64,000 nucleotides of DNA from Octopus sinensis (GCF_006345805.1 NC_043003.1:52142001-52206000), one strand, 5' to 3'. Shown: positions 1 to 11,046, counted from the stretch's first letter. Numbers and translations are program-made. The notes: generated from the sequence alone by a model not told the origin.

Positions 1-219
1 GCTTATGCGTGTGTGTGTTTGTATATATATATAATATATATATATAATTAGGGTTCAGCAAAAATTGCTTTACCACACACCGAACTTTTAGAAATAGCAG
101 CCAAAGAATTTAGCTATTTCCTCTACTTTAAGAAGAGTCTCCCAGATAATGTATACTCAAAAACATTACACGTAGGTATAGAGGGAAAAATAACGAAAGT
201 TCACTCGAAAGATTGATTA

Positions 220-302
220 CTTGTGAACGCGTTTCTGGGTTAGTTAGATATAGAGATGCTAGAAATACATCCCTATTCCAACATTCCTTTCATCAGCACA
301 AG
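220..302 (-). ncRNA. Type I hammerhead ribozyme motif with extended stem II
   Basis: Minus strand: CTTGTG-CTGATGA-[AAGGAAT GTTGGA ATAGGGATG..CATCTCTAT A TCTAAC TAACCCA]-GAAA-CGC-GTT-CACAAG. 6-bp stem I (CTTGTG/CACAAG) and palindromic ACGCGT stem III; the base of stem II is imperfect. Confidence 0.6.
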
Positions 303-360
303 ATTTCATTAAATTTAAATTTGAGAGCACTAAAAATCGAACTTACCCATCTGATTTGAG

Positions 361-449
<89 letters not shown>

Positions 450-463
450 ACATACATACATAC

Positions 464-510
<47 letters not shown>

Positions 511-540
511 ATAAAGAATAATATATATATATATAAGAAT
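361..540. repeat. (AT)n/(ACAT)n microsatellite. Many similar tracts occur, e.g. 1970-2015, 2465-2531, 2896-2961, 26470-26730, 30230-30530, 31015-31170, 40990-41090, 59800-60110
   Basis: Direct reading. Confidence 0.98.
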
Positions 541-600
541 CTTGTTATGTTTGTTTATATAAATATGCATATACATGTGTATATAACTATATAAGTGCAT

Positions 601-889
601 GAAGGCACGTAGCTTAGTGGTTAGGGTATTTAGCTCAGGATCGTATGATTTCGATTACCAGCAATGTTTTGTGTCTCTGAGCAAGACATTTATTTTGAGT
701 TGCTCCATTTCACTCAGCCAACAAAAAATGTGTTGTACCTGTATTTCTGTGTTATGCTTAATCTCCCTGAGAACTGAGAGTATGCGTGTCTATTGAGTGC
801 TCAGCCACTTCCACGTTATTTCCACGAGCAGGCTGTTTCATCGATCGGCTCAACTGGAACACTCGTCGTCGAAACCGACGGAATGCCAG
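601..889 (+). mobile_element. tRNA-derived SINE (family F), degenerate
   Basis: A-box-like TAGCTTAGTGG, CORE-like CTGAGCAAGACA, and a 3' tail CACGAGCAGGCTGTT..AACTGGAACACTCGTCGTC..CCGACGGA shared with the copy at 44631-44923. Confidence 0.7.
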
Positions 890-1056
890 TTTATCCATAT
901 AAGTGTGTATATTTGCTTATCTGTATGCCTGTGAGTGTGTGTAGAATATAAAGTCAGGCAATATGAGATGAATATATTTCACCTCTTGATATCCATATTA
1001 CGACGGCCGTTTCGCAGCCAACATCATGCAAAAGTAATTTATTTTAGTGTATAATA

Positions 1057-1390
1057 AATTATTTTACATGTTTTCTTTAGGATGTATGCTCTAAATTGCA
1101 TAGTACTATTGTACATTTTACAAACCAATGCAGATACAGAAGGCTAGCTCTTTAGATCAATAGAATATCATGGTTATATTAATTTTTCAACTACGGTATA
1201 TACATAGAAAAAAAAATAGTCTTCAAATTTATAATGTATGGAAGACCACAAGGAGTTGAAAATTGATCTGACCACGATATTCTGTCGAGCTGAAGATCTA
1301 GCCTTCTATATCTGCATCCGTTTTGCAAAATGTACAAAAGTACTATGCAATTTATAGCATACATACTAGTACAGGCATGTAAAATAATTC
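1057..1390. repeat. Diverged fold-back (inverted repeat) element
   Basis: Arms ~1057-1192 and 1254-1390, e.g. TATGCTCTAAATTGCATAGTACTATTGTACATTTT vs AAAATGTACAAAAGTACTATGCAATTTATAGCATA. Confidence 0.8.
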
Positions 1391-1482
1391 TGTAATAAGC
1401 ATCCGCTGGCCATGAGTGATAAGTTACCAGCTTCGGGTGGAAATATTGTGAAAAGAACACAACCATGGTAAAAGAATGAATA

Positions 1483-1975
1483 TACGTAGGAAATTAGACA
1501 GAGGTATACCTGGGATTCTAGACAACTCTAAGGAACTGTAGGCAGACAGAGAATATTATAAATGTTACGTTTTGTTAAGATCGTGTTCTATTCCAAAATT
1601 TTAAAAAACGTCTATTTCTAATTCAGTACGTGGCGAGGCACTTAGCTGACCCCTGATTATAATTATGTATATAATTATAGAATATTTTAATCTTTTCGGT
1701 TTGAACGGCAGTTCTTAACATAATTTCTAGGTAACTAAAAAAATTTTAACTTTCATATACTGGTAGAATGTGTTTATAAAACATCTTTTTCTCTTGGCTT
1801 TATTGAGAAACTTCTATAGTTTGTAAGATATTTGGTCTTTAATTTCTTCAATTTCTGCAATTTCAACCTATCACTGGCGTCTATAGAGTTAAAAAGTTCC
1901 GAATATTTTGTATAATTTACCTAAACCAGTTTTTTTAACGTACTGACAACTTGGTAATTAATTTTACCCTATATA

Positions 1976-2017
<42 letters not shown>

Positions 2018-2455
2018 TTATTCCTTACATTAATCTGCAAAGATTACGTATCATATTTATTATGGTATCACTCTAAAATAAATTTTATCAGTTGATTTAC
2101 TATCAAAAGATAACACAAAAAATATATTCAGCCGTGATTTTATTAGCCATTTCTTTTAACCTTTAACAGTCAGGTGCAAGAACTATCTATTAGAAAACCA
2201 GCCTCTGTTAAATCCCTACTACATATATTCCAACAGTTTTTTTAAATTTCGGAATAGGACATGATCTTAACAAAACATAACATTTATAATATTCTCCGTC
2301 TGCCTACAGTTCCTGAAGCTTGTCCAGAATCCCAGGTATACCTCTGTCTAATTTCCTACGTACGTGCCTCGCCACGTACGTACTCTAATTCAGTACGTGG
2401 CGAGGCACTTAGCTGACCCTTGATTATAATTATGTATATAATTATAGAATATTTT
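1483..2455. repeat. Interleaved inverted and direct duplications
   Basis: 1483-1609 is the inverted copy of 2236-2362; 1617-1688 is directly repeated at 2384-2455; a 16-bp hairpin pairs 2364-2379 with 2393-2408. Confidence 0.85.
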
Positions 2456-2474
2456 GCATATTTTATATATATAT

Positions 2475-2531
<57 letters not shown>

Positions 2532-2536
<5 letters not shown>

Positions 2537-2836
2537 TGCAGCGTGGAAGGTGTTTATAAGCCATTTAAGAAACACACAAAAGCCGTTCGATTCACTTCAA
2601 CATTTAAGTTTAATTTGTCAAAATATTTTCGTCGCTAAAATCCGCGACCTCTTCACTGACAAAAATCCGTTCACTGACAAAAATCATTGAGATGCAGCAC
2701 GGATTTTTGTCAGTGAACAGGTCGAGGATTTTAGCGACGAAAATATTTTGACAAATTAAACTTAACTGTTGAAGTGAATCGAACGGCTTTTGTGTGTTCT
2801 TAAATGGCTTATAAACACCTTCCACGCTGCAATTGT
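2532..2836. mobile_element. Near-perfect fold-back element (MITE-like)
   Basis: ACAATTGCAGCGTGGAAGGTG...CACCTTCCACGCTGCAATTGT. The arms are complementary almost to the centre; the left end abuts (TA)n. Confidence 0.8.
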
Positions 2837-2892
2837 TTTCGTTTCAGCACACGATCTCAGATCAAATTACTTGCTATGCGAGTACATCTCCG

Positions 2893-2965
<73 letters not shown>

Positions 2966-3109
2966 CTACATACTAAGTCGCATTACTGGTGATAGATTAT
3001 TCAATTATAAAAAGTGTTTGATATTGACCCAGAAGGTTTCAGAGAGATTTTTCTTGGGACATGCGATTGCGCCTAGTCGAAATTATGTTACCTTGAAAGT
3101 GTGGTAAGT

Positions 3110-4700
3110 GTATACGGGTGATTTGAATGTTATCTTAAAGAGGATTTAAGAAGCTAATGCGGATGGGTGCTAAACAGAGGGTGCTTGGTAGGATAAGTAG
3201 ATATAAATAGGAAGAAGTAATCTTGAAATCAAGTGACACTTTTGTAGCGAAGTTAAGTGTTAAATGCAAAATTAAGGACGAAGATTTTGATTGAAGAAAA
3301 CGGGTAGTTAGTTTGTCACTGGAGTAAATTCGAAGTCTGGGTTGAATGAAAGGAGAGGAATTAGATTTTAGTAAGTAGGAGGTAAGGAAAAATATGTTGA
3401 TATATTAGAAGAAAAATACATTACAACTCCAGCGGATAAAGCAGCAGGGAATTTTGGGATAAAATGTGAGAAATACTATCTAATGATGCTAGGTAATGAA
3501 TTATAATTAGAGAGTGGTTTTAACTTATCTGATGGCATTTGAGAATATAAATGATTTAATATGGAAAGTGATACGTGAGGTGGAAAGCGTAGAGGAAAAT
3601 GACAAATGCGTTCCAAATTTTTCTTTGGTTTCCAAAGGTGCAGATTTCTTGTGAGAGTTAGAAAATGTACCAATAAACAGCCGTCTAAGTCAATGATGCA
3701 TTGCATGTTATTAGATCAGTTATGCCGTACTACAAATGAATGTTTTGTTATTTAGATGTGCACTTATTTTGGAGAATTAAGTACGCTAAAGAGTCTTTAG
3801 ATAAGTCACAATAAGTTAATGTAGTTTAAACTATGCGTGTGTATGATTTCTCTACACTGTATACAAATAAAGATTTGAAAATGGTGGAAGGGGGTATATT
3901 TAGAGTAATTTACAGAGCGTTTGGTAACGGTTATAAATGGTGATTTTTTTTTCATCCAGCAGTAAATACAATGCTTTTTTACCAGATTAATTAAGGGTAA
4001 ATTAAAAGAAATTACGGATTTATTGTTAATAATGCCTATATTGCTATTGCTGATAGGATGTTTAAATAAATTAAATTCGAATGGGCAGTAATTGTAACCC
4101 TTTATTAATTGACATTTATTTGTCTTCGAGCAAGTTTGGTTTTCTTTGTGATTTATACTAATGGAAGAAGTTTGACTTAGTTAAACAGCTTAGTGGTTGC
4201 TGCAGATACATTGGTTACATTCTTAGTTCTAACTATATTTTCTTTCTTTTTTCTTTCTTTTTTTCGAAAATTTTCTTATGTACCCAGGAAATATCATAGC
4301 TAATAGAAATAATTGGGGGCACGTTGTATGAGGTCAATCATTTAGATGTTAGGCTAGTTAGTATGGATAGTAAGGTTATAACTAGTGGTTTTAATAAAGC
4401 TAATAGCTAAAATTCTCGTATTACACCCTTTTCTTTGGCATTGAATAGAATTCCGTTAAGAGAGTAGAACGTGCTCCAGGCAAGGTACAGTAGAATTCAT
4501 AAAGTTGATGTATCAAAAGACAGTTAAACTGTTGATAAAGCGTATGGAAAAACAAGATCAAATTAAGAAATTGTTAAAGGTTTTAACTGTTGCTTGGAGG
4601 AGATAATAACTTATGAAAAAAATTGAGGTAATTTCTCGCTCCTAGCTTGGTATAAATCTTTCTAATGATTAGTTTTACTTATTGTTAACATAGATGGCTG
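3110..4700 (+). mobile_element. Penelope-like element RT relic (multiple stops and frameshifts)
   Basis: Translated remnants: VYTGDL (~3110), KYITTPADKAAGNFGIKCEKYY (~3415), YDFSTLYT (~3843), MGSNCNPLL (~4081), RYI-- (~4204, where RYIDD is expected). Confidence 0.75.
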
Positions 4701-5055
4701 TTGTTTTGTGTCTGTCGTTATGCATTATTGTGTACGACGTCAGTTCCGCTAGGGAGTGGCTTCTTAACTTCCGCTCATAGATTAAGATCGGCTTTTCGTC
4801 GTTAGGCAGCGGTAGGGGTCGGGATGCTTGTCTTAGATTTCCTCGTTGCACGTGGGTGCTATGTTGTTTATGTGGAGAAAATTTTGGTCCGGTTGGTTCG
4901 TCTTAATTAATTTTTATGTTTTAAACAATGTCTGTTTTAGTTTATGTGCTTTAATTTATTTATATGTCTAACGGTTCTGGGAAAATGCATTTTCTTGTTT
5001 TGGGGTTATGTTTGTTAACTTATGGAAATGGGGTAAGTTATTACCCCATAAGTTG

Positions 5056-5138
<83 letters not shown>

Positions 5139-5153
5139 TAGTAGTAGTAGTAA

Positions 5154-5350
5154 GGCGGCGAGCTGGCAGAATCGTTAGCACGCTGGCTTAGTGGTATTTC
5201 GTCTGCCGTTACGTTCTGAGTTCAAATTCCGCCGAGGTCGACTTTGCCTTTCATCCTTTCGGGGTCGATTAAATAAGTACCAGTTACGCACTGGGGTCGA
5301 TGTAATCGACTTAATCCCTTTCCCTTCTGCTTCTAGTAGAAAGGATTATT
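5154..5350 (+). mobile_element. tRNA-derived SINE family A (central motif resembles the Meta/Sauria-type domain)
   Basis: GGCGGCGAGCTGGCAGAA head, GAGTTCAAATTCC B-box, GCCTTTCATCCTTTCGGGGTCGAT..AAGTACC core, (ATT)n tail. Confidence 0.85.
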
Positions 5351-5358
5351 ATTATCAT

Positions 5359-5417
<59 letters not shown>

Positions 5418-5421
5418 TTAA

Positions 5422-5620
5422 GGCGGCGAGCTGGCAGAATCGTTAGCACGCTGGGCAAAGTGAGTAACGGTGTTTCGTCCGTCTTCACGTTCTAAGGCCA
5501 ATTTTACCTTTCATCCTTTTGTGGTCGATAAATTAAGTACCAGTTAAGTACTGGGAGCGATGTAATCGACTTATCCCTTCCTCCAAAATTTCAGGACTTA
5601 AACCTTTAGTAGAAAGGATT
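5422..5620 (+). mobile_element. SINE family A, tandem copy with internal deletion
   Basis: Same head and core as 5154-5350. Confidence 0.8.
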
Positions 5621-5643
5621 GTTATTATTATTATTATTATTAT

Positions 5644-5706
<63 letters not shown>

Positions 5707-5868
5707 ATCCTAAGTAGGCCGGACAAAATGCTTCGTCCTACCATTTTGAAAACAGTTGGAGTAACGCACATTGGATCATCTACAGTTCTATATTTAAGAG
5801 ATGATCCAATGTGCATTATTTACATTATTTACATTCAACGGATATTTGTCCTCATCTTGTTTGTTGTT

Positions 5869-5914
5869 AACACAACGTTTCAGCTGATATACCCTCCAGC
5901 CTTCTTCAGGTGTC
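5869..5914 (-). ncRNA. Minimal type I hammerhead ribozyme motif
   Basis: GACAC-CTGAAGA-A-GGCTG-gagggtatat-CAGCT-GAAA-C-GTT-GTGTT; palindromic ACGT stem III. Confidence 0.75.
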
Positions 5915-6002
5915 TTGGGGAAATTTCGAACCTGGGTTCTCCTTCCTAAAGTATTTTCGTTGTTGTTGTTGTTGTTATTATTGATGTTGTTGTTGTTGTT
6001 GT

Positions 6003-6078
6003 TCAGGTCACTGCTTGGAATCGAACTCGGAATTTTGGGGTTAGTAACCCACGCTCTTGACCACTACGCCATATGCCC
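6003..6078 (-). promoter_or_regulatory. tRNA-derived Pol III head (A and B boxes)
   Basis: Minus strand GGCATATGGCGTAGTGGTCAAGAGCG...GAGTTCGATTCC. No convincing acceptor stem, so it is not called a tRNA gene. Confidence 0.75.
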
Positions 6079-6124
6079 ACGGGCATACCTTAGGAATGAG
6101 AACCCAGGTTCGAAATTTCCCCAA

Positions 6125-6170
6125 GACACCTGAAGAAGGCTGGAGGGTATATCAGCTGAAACGTTGTGTT
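6125..6170 (+). ncRNA. Minimal type I hammerhead ribozyme motif (identical to 5869-5914, opposite strand)
   Basis: GACAC 6125-6129, CTGAAGA 6130-6136, stem II 6138-6157, GAAA 6158-6161, GTT 6163-6165, GTGTT 6166-6170. Confidence 0.75.
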
Positions 6171-6333
6171 AACAACAAACAAGATGAGGACAAATATCCG
6201 TTGATTGTAAATAATATAAATAATGCACATTGGATCATCTAGTTGTAGATCAGGAGTTACAAACCTAGGGATCCATCCCCAACCGAGGGTGCGAGATGGC
6301 GTTTCGAGGGCTGCAACAAAGAAAGTATATATA

Positions 6334-6722
6334 GGCGCAGGGGTAGCTGTATGGTAAGTAGCTTGCTTACCAGCCAGATGGTTCTGGATTCAGTCCCACT
6401 GTGTGGCACCTGTGTCTTCTACTATAGCCTCGGGCTGACCAAAGCCTTGTGAGTGGATTTTAGTAGACATAAACTGAAAGAAGCCCGTCGTATATATATA
6501 TATATATGTTTGTGTGTCTGCGTTTGTCCCCCCAACATCGCTTGACAACCGATGCTGGTGTGTTTACGTCCTCATAACTTAGCAGTTCGGCAAAACAGGC
6601 CGATATAATAAGTACTAGGCTTACAAAGAATAAGTCCTGGGGTCGATTTGTTCGACTAAAAGACAGTGCTCCAGCATAGCCACAGTCAAATGACTGAAAC
6701 AAATAAAGGAATAAAAGAATAA
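6334..6722 (+). mobile_element. tRNA-derived SINE family B with internal microsatellite
   Basis: GGCGCAGG..GCTGT.TGGTAAG head, internal (AT)/(TG), and GGGGTCGATTTG..CCAGCAT.GCC..AGTCAAATGACTGAAACAA..AAAAGAAT tail. Fragments at 6812-6900, 7190-7360, 15040-15380(-), 22520-22640, 33330-33420 and 58870-58990(-). Confidence 0.88.
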
Positions 6723-7068
6723 AAAGACTTGTTTGAAATCGCCTTTCGTAATAATCACCTTTTGAATAATCTTATTCTACGAAACACACCAAGACCTTTC
6801 TATATAATTCCATGGCACCTTGGGCAAGCGTCTTCTACTATAGCCCTAGGCCAACCAATGTGAATTTAGTAAACGGAAATTGTGTGGAAGCCCGTCGCAT
6901 ATATATATATGTATGTATATGCATATACACACACACGCACTATATGTTCGTTATTCAATCGTTTATTACTCTTCATACTTTATCTTAAGATATAAAATAA
7001 GAACTGTAATAAACGAGTGAAGAACGAAGTGTTTATTTAGCAAAAAAATAAAGGCCATCCCGAAATAT

Positions 7069-7111
<43 letters not shown>

Positions 7112-7379
7112 CATCAAAGTGTGTGTGTGCGAGTGCGTGTATGTATGGATGTATCTATCTATCTATGCATGTATACGTGTATGTGTGTATATCTTTGTGT
7201 TTCTCCTCATCACCGCTTTACAACCGGTGTTGGTTCACATCCTCGCAACTTAACGGTTCGGCCAAAGATAATGATAGAATAAGTTACCAGACTTTAAAAA
7301 TAAATAGTCACTATTTGTTCAAGTAAACCCTTCAAGGTTGTGCACCAGCATGGGCGCGGTCGATTGGGGGAAACTAGTA

Positions 7380-8950
7380 ACAACTTGTTTGTTTGAGTCT
7401 CGTCATTTTTGACCACGCTTGGATGGTTGAAGGCTTTCTCTTTAAGATTGTCCGTTGTTAAAATTGTTTTATATTACTGTTGAAAATTGTTGTTGAAGCG
7501 ACTCGCACGTAATTGTTTTTGCTGTTGTTTTATACTGTTTTTCTCTCCATTGTCGGGGTGAAAAGTTAGCTTTTCAATATGGAAAGCAATGCAAAAACCG
7601 CTCCAGTGGGAGCAGCTACGCCGTTGGAAGCGAAGCAGATAAAAATGAATATGGACGATATTATAAGAAGTGAGCAATTTGTGCAAAGAGAGGAAGACAC
7701 AATAAAGCTGGTCCCTCCAGAGTAGACAGTCAGCGATAAGAGCGATAGGACGGTGGTGTATCGCACGCAAGCGGTCGCCACCAGCAAAATAGAAATCCTA
7801 TCAGAAGACGATGTGGAGGAATGTTTAAGACTCCTGATGAAAAAGGTAACTTTCGTAAGCCGAAGAAGGAAATATGGCACGGTGGAGGTGAAGTTTTCCA
7901 CCAAAGAAGAGGCGGCCTCACATTCCACCACTGTTTTACGCTCTGACAAGGTAGCGCTGCTGTCCACGTATAGCGGCAGGTGAAGTGTTCGGATTCGAAT
8001 AGGAAGAGTGCCACCAGAAATAAAGACAGACTGGTTGGTGACAGCTAATTGGGTCCAGTGGGAAGAACGAGCACGTTAAACTGATGGGGATGCGGTGTCG
8101 AGATGTAGCTTTTTGTCACTTTCGAAGACATAGAGAGGATCCCCTGCCAAATAGAGGTTGCGGGAGAAGGTTCCCTCAAAGTAATTGTTGAGGGTCGTCG
8201 ACCGAATTGTTACGAATGCGGAGAGGCCATATGAGGACGCAGTGCCCCAAGCACAAACCTCCTCAGAGTAAGAAGGCTGTGAAAAAGACCAGGAAGTGGA
8301 AGTTGGCGTACAAATTGAAGCAATGAAAGACGGAAACGGCAAAAGCGATACGAAGTGCGTCAGGGATACAGAAGTAAAGACGAAGGAAGATAGAAGGAAA
8401 GCGGCAAAGGCGAGGAGTAACGGGTTTGTTAACCCCAAAAGGAGGAAGAAGGTAAAGTTAAGACAGTACTCGCAAGGACTAGCAGCAGAAGTAGAGAGAA
8501 CGCCCCAAAAAGGTAGGGAGCCGCCTATTTTCAAGCATATGCAGACAGTAGAGACGGACCCAGGAGAGAAAGAATCGGTGGAAGAGAAGGTACAGCACAG
8601 ATATAAAAATAAGGCATTCATAATCTTCTACTAAAAGAGTGTAGATGTGGAAAGATGAATTTCCAAGTGTAAGGGAGTGGTGAGGATGAAGCTGCCCAGG
8701 GAGGAATTCAAGGAGGAGGAAAGATGTGTGCTATTGCATGACGATCGAGACAACGCGTTCATGGATTCATATATAGAGTTTTTGATTTCAGTTGACGGGC
8801 TGGTGTGGTTTGATGACCTACCACCCGTAATTGAATATAAAGAGTTAAAATATTTTTTTACAAAATATGTTAAAATATGATATGAATAATATAAAAAAAT
8901 GATGAATATGTGAACTTTTCGTTTAAAAAAAAGGGCGAAAAAAAACGAAA
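7380..8950 (+). mobile_element. L1/Tx1-like ORF1 relic (RRM-like region plus CCHC knuckle), no ORF2
   Basis: ATG at 7579 (MESNAKTA..), in-frame stops, GTVEVKFSTKEEA, RIGRVPPEI, frameshifted GRRPNCYECGE-GHMRTQCP (~8195-8250); A-rich end near 8920-8955. Confidence 0.65.
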
Positions 8951-9522
8951 AAACTGTCCAAAATAATGTCTAAATGACTTGACTTCGGGGTTCGAGTGGG
9001 CATTGCGCCTCATTTCATCATTTTCATAATTTCATTCGTTTCTTTTTATTTTTTCTTCCTTGATTTCTTTTTGAAATTTTATTTCCCCAATTATATGTTT
9101 TGCATTGTCTTTGTAATGTGTAACCTCTATATTTAGCCCCTTGTGGGTAATAAAAACTCGAGGATAAAGGATTGAAAGAGCTATTATCTTATATAGATAT
9201 ACCAATGTTCGAGAAAGGACGTGATGGCCATGACGGGCTTGCTTTCGGAATGTATTTCTATTTATTTAGGGCTGGCCTAGCGCTAAAGAACAACTGAAGA
9301 AACTTCAGATCCTTCTACCTTCCACCGACAGCTGACTATGATCTACCACCACACCGCTGCCCCGTGCCGCCACGTCGTTTCCTTTTCTGCTGAATGTCTT
9401 TCACGTATTTGTAGCCACACTGTTATCTTTATGGCGATTTATGACCGCATCTGGAAGATCTCACTCAGCCGTTATGCGTGCCAGCGTCTGCCTGTGCATG
9501 TCCGTGTATGAGTGTGTGAGAT

Positions 9523-9565
<43 letters not shown>

Positions 9566-10186
9566 TGTGTGTGTGTGTGTGGTGTGTGTGTGTGTGAGTG
9601 AGTGAATGAGTGAGTGAGAGAGAGGGTGAGAGGGGGAGCGAGAGAGAAAGAGAATTTGTGTGTGCGTGTGTGTTTGTGTCCGATTAAGCATGAGTCATAT
9701 TATCTTACAAAAATGTATCAACTTCGATTTTTATCATTAGTTCAAAGATTAATGAATAACATCATTATACGCGCACCTCCTCGCCAAAATACTCGAAGGA
9801 AATACCCCTCGCCCCTACGTAATCGCTCAACCTATACGAAATAGCAGCTCAATCTCCCTCATACGATACTTTAGAGTTTTAAAAATTGGAAGGATGCATC
9901 GGATCATACCGTACTAGATATACTATGCTTTAAAAAAATTAATGTATTGGTCACATTTGGAGTGCTTTTGATTCAAATAGGTCTACTGAATAGGAGACGA
10001 TCCGGGTCTTAATAACATCTATAAACAACCAAATAATTAAATGAGAATCATGGCTTAATTTCGACCATTCGATATGAAACGTATGCTTTGCTGCTGTTGT
10101 TTACCTACAAGGTCAGGCTTGAATTTGCAGGCATATAATTAAAGACGTTCAGCCATGACCATCCCGTAGACTTTTTTGTTTAAATA

Positions 10187-10331
10187 CCGTATTTACTTAA
10201 GTATGAGTGGTGCTAGGGTGCGACTTATACACAGAGCAAAGCTAATATCAAGTTTAAATATGAAGGGAACAAATTTTGTTCCAAAATTTAACACTAAATT
10301 TGGGATGCGACTTATACACAAGTAAATACAG
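10187..10331. mobile_element. Tc1/pogo-type MITE
   Basis: TA|CCGTATTTACTT...AAGTAAATACAG|TA, with internal repeat TGCGACTTATACAC x2. Confidence 0.8.
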
Positions 10332-10464
10332 TATATTGCGTTTGGGTCAATATTATTCAATGTACCATTTCTTAAAAATTGGTTTAAGAAATATTTGGCT
10401 ACTATTTCTAACAGGTTTAGTGACTGGATAGAGACATCGTCGTTGTCATTGTTGCTCTGTTGAT

Positions 10465-10630
10465 TAATTCTGGGTCAGCCGTGATCGAGTTGAGCTACGA
10501 TCAAAGGTATTCCAGATGTGATCATCTCCTCAGGGAATCCAGAACTCCTTTGTCTTTTCTAAGACGAAAAGATATGATTTAGAAGAAGTCTGGCAGCTTC
10601 TTTGAAGTAGGTCAAACGACGATGCAGGGG
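10465..10630 (+). repeat. Unclassified interspersed repeat family C. Other copies ~10100-10170, 14690-14865, 15530-15670, 16995-17145, 17208-17400, 32960-33130, 35960-36200, 43240-43420(-), 43450-43650(-), 62275-62450(-)
   Basis: Shared motifs CCCAGGTCAG..TATGATCAAAGG..TTCCAG....ACCATCC and GATTTG.....A.TT.GCTGCTATTTCTAG. Confidence 0.7.
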
Positions 10631-10799
10631 CTCCACATTAGCTCGTTACTGGTGGTGGCGGTGGTATCATTGATGGAATGGTGGTAGCGGCGTCGTTGTT
10701 GTTGTTGATAGTGGTGGTGGCGGCGGCGACGGCGGCGCCTCGAAGCGTTGATATCCCCGTTTTTGGAGAGCCTACTAAAGGTATAGGCATAACTCCTTT

Positions 10800-11046
10800 T
10801 TCTAGAGCAGTCTCTAAGACCCTTGTGGGTTCATATAAGATTTGTTGTTAAAGTTTATGTGCAAAAAAAATTGGTCACACTTCAACAATAAAGAAATTAT
10901 TTTAACAATCTTTCAATACAATTCCTAATAATATTTAATTATGAAAATATAGGATTTTTAAAACATCAAATGACTATGAGGGTCCAGATGAGTAAAGTAG
11001 GAATCAAAGGGGTCCACAGGAAAAACAAAACGGTTGAGAACCATTG
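10800..11046 (-). mobile_element. hAT-type MITE fragment, same family as 13076-13973
   Basis: Ends GGAATCAAAGGGGTCCAC...GGTTGAGAACCATTG, the reverse complement of the 13076 left end. Confidence 0.6.

Larger units (their letters stand above)
5766..6240. mobile_element. Composite non-autonomous element: two inverted hammerhead-bearing (pLTR-like) arms around a tRNA-derived head and (AAC)n
   Basis: Arms 5799-5954 and 6085-6240 are reverse complements with only a few mismatches. Extra terminal hairpin 5766-5781/5799-5814. Confidence 0.8.

Noticed and set aside
5016-5056. GGGGTAA/TTACCCC stem at the 3' end of the PLE relic, positioned like a hammerhead stem II
   Set aside because: Both core strands are missing (TTATGGAA and ATA in place of CTGANGA and GAAA); at most a decayed site.
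6003-6078. tRNA gene call for the Pol III head, and likewise for 20411-20482, 22330-22402 and 40338-40410
   Set aside because: Acceptor and/or D stems are defective and all are embedded in repeats, so they are treated as tRNA-derived modules.
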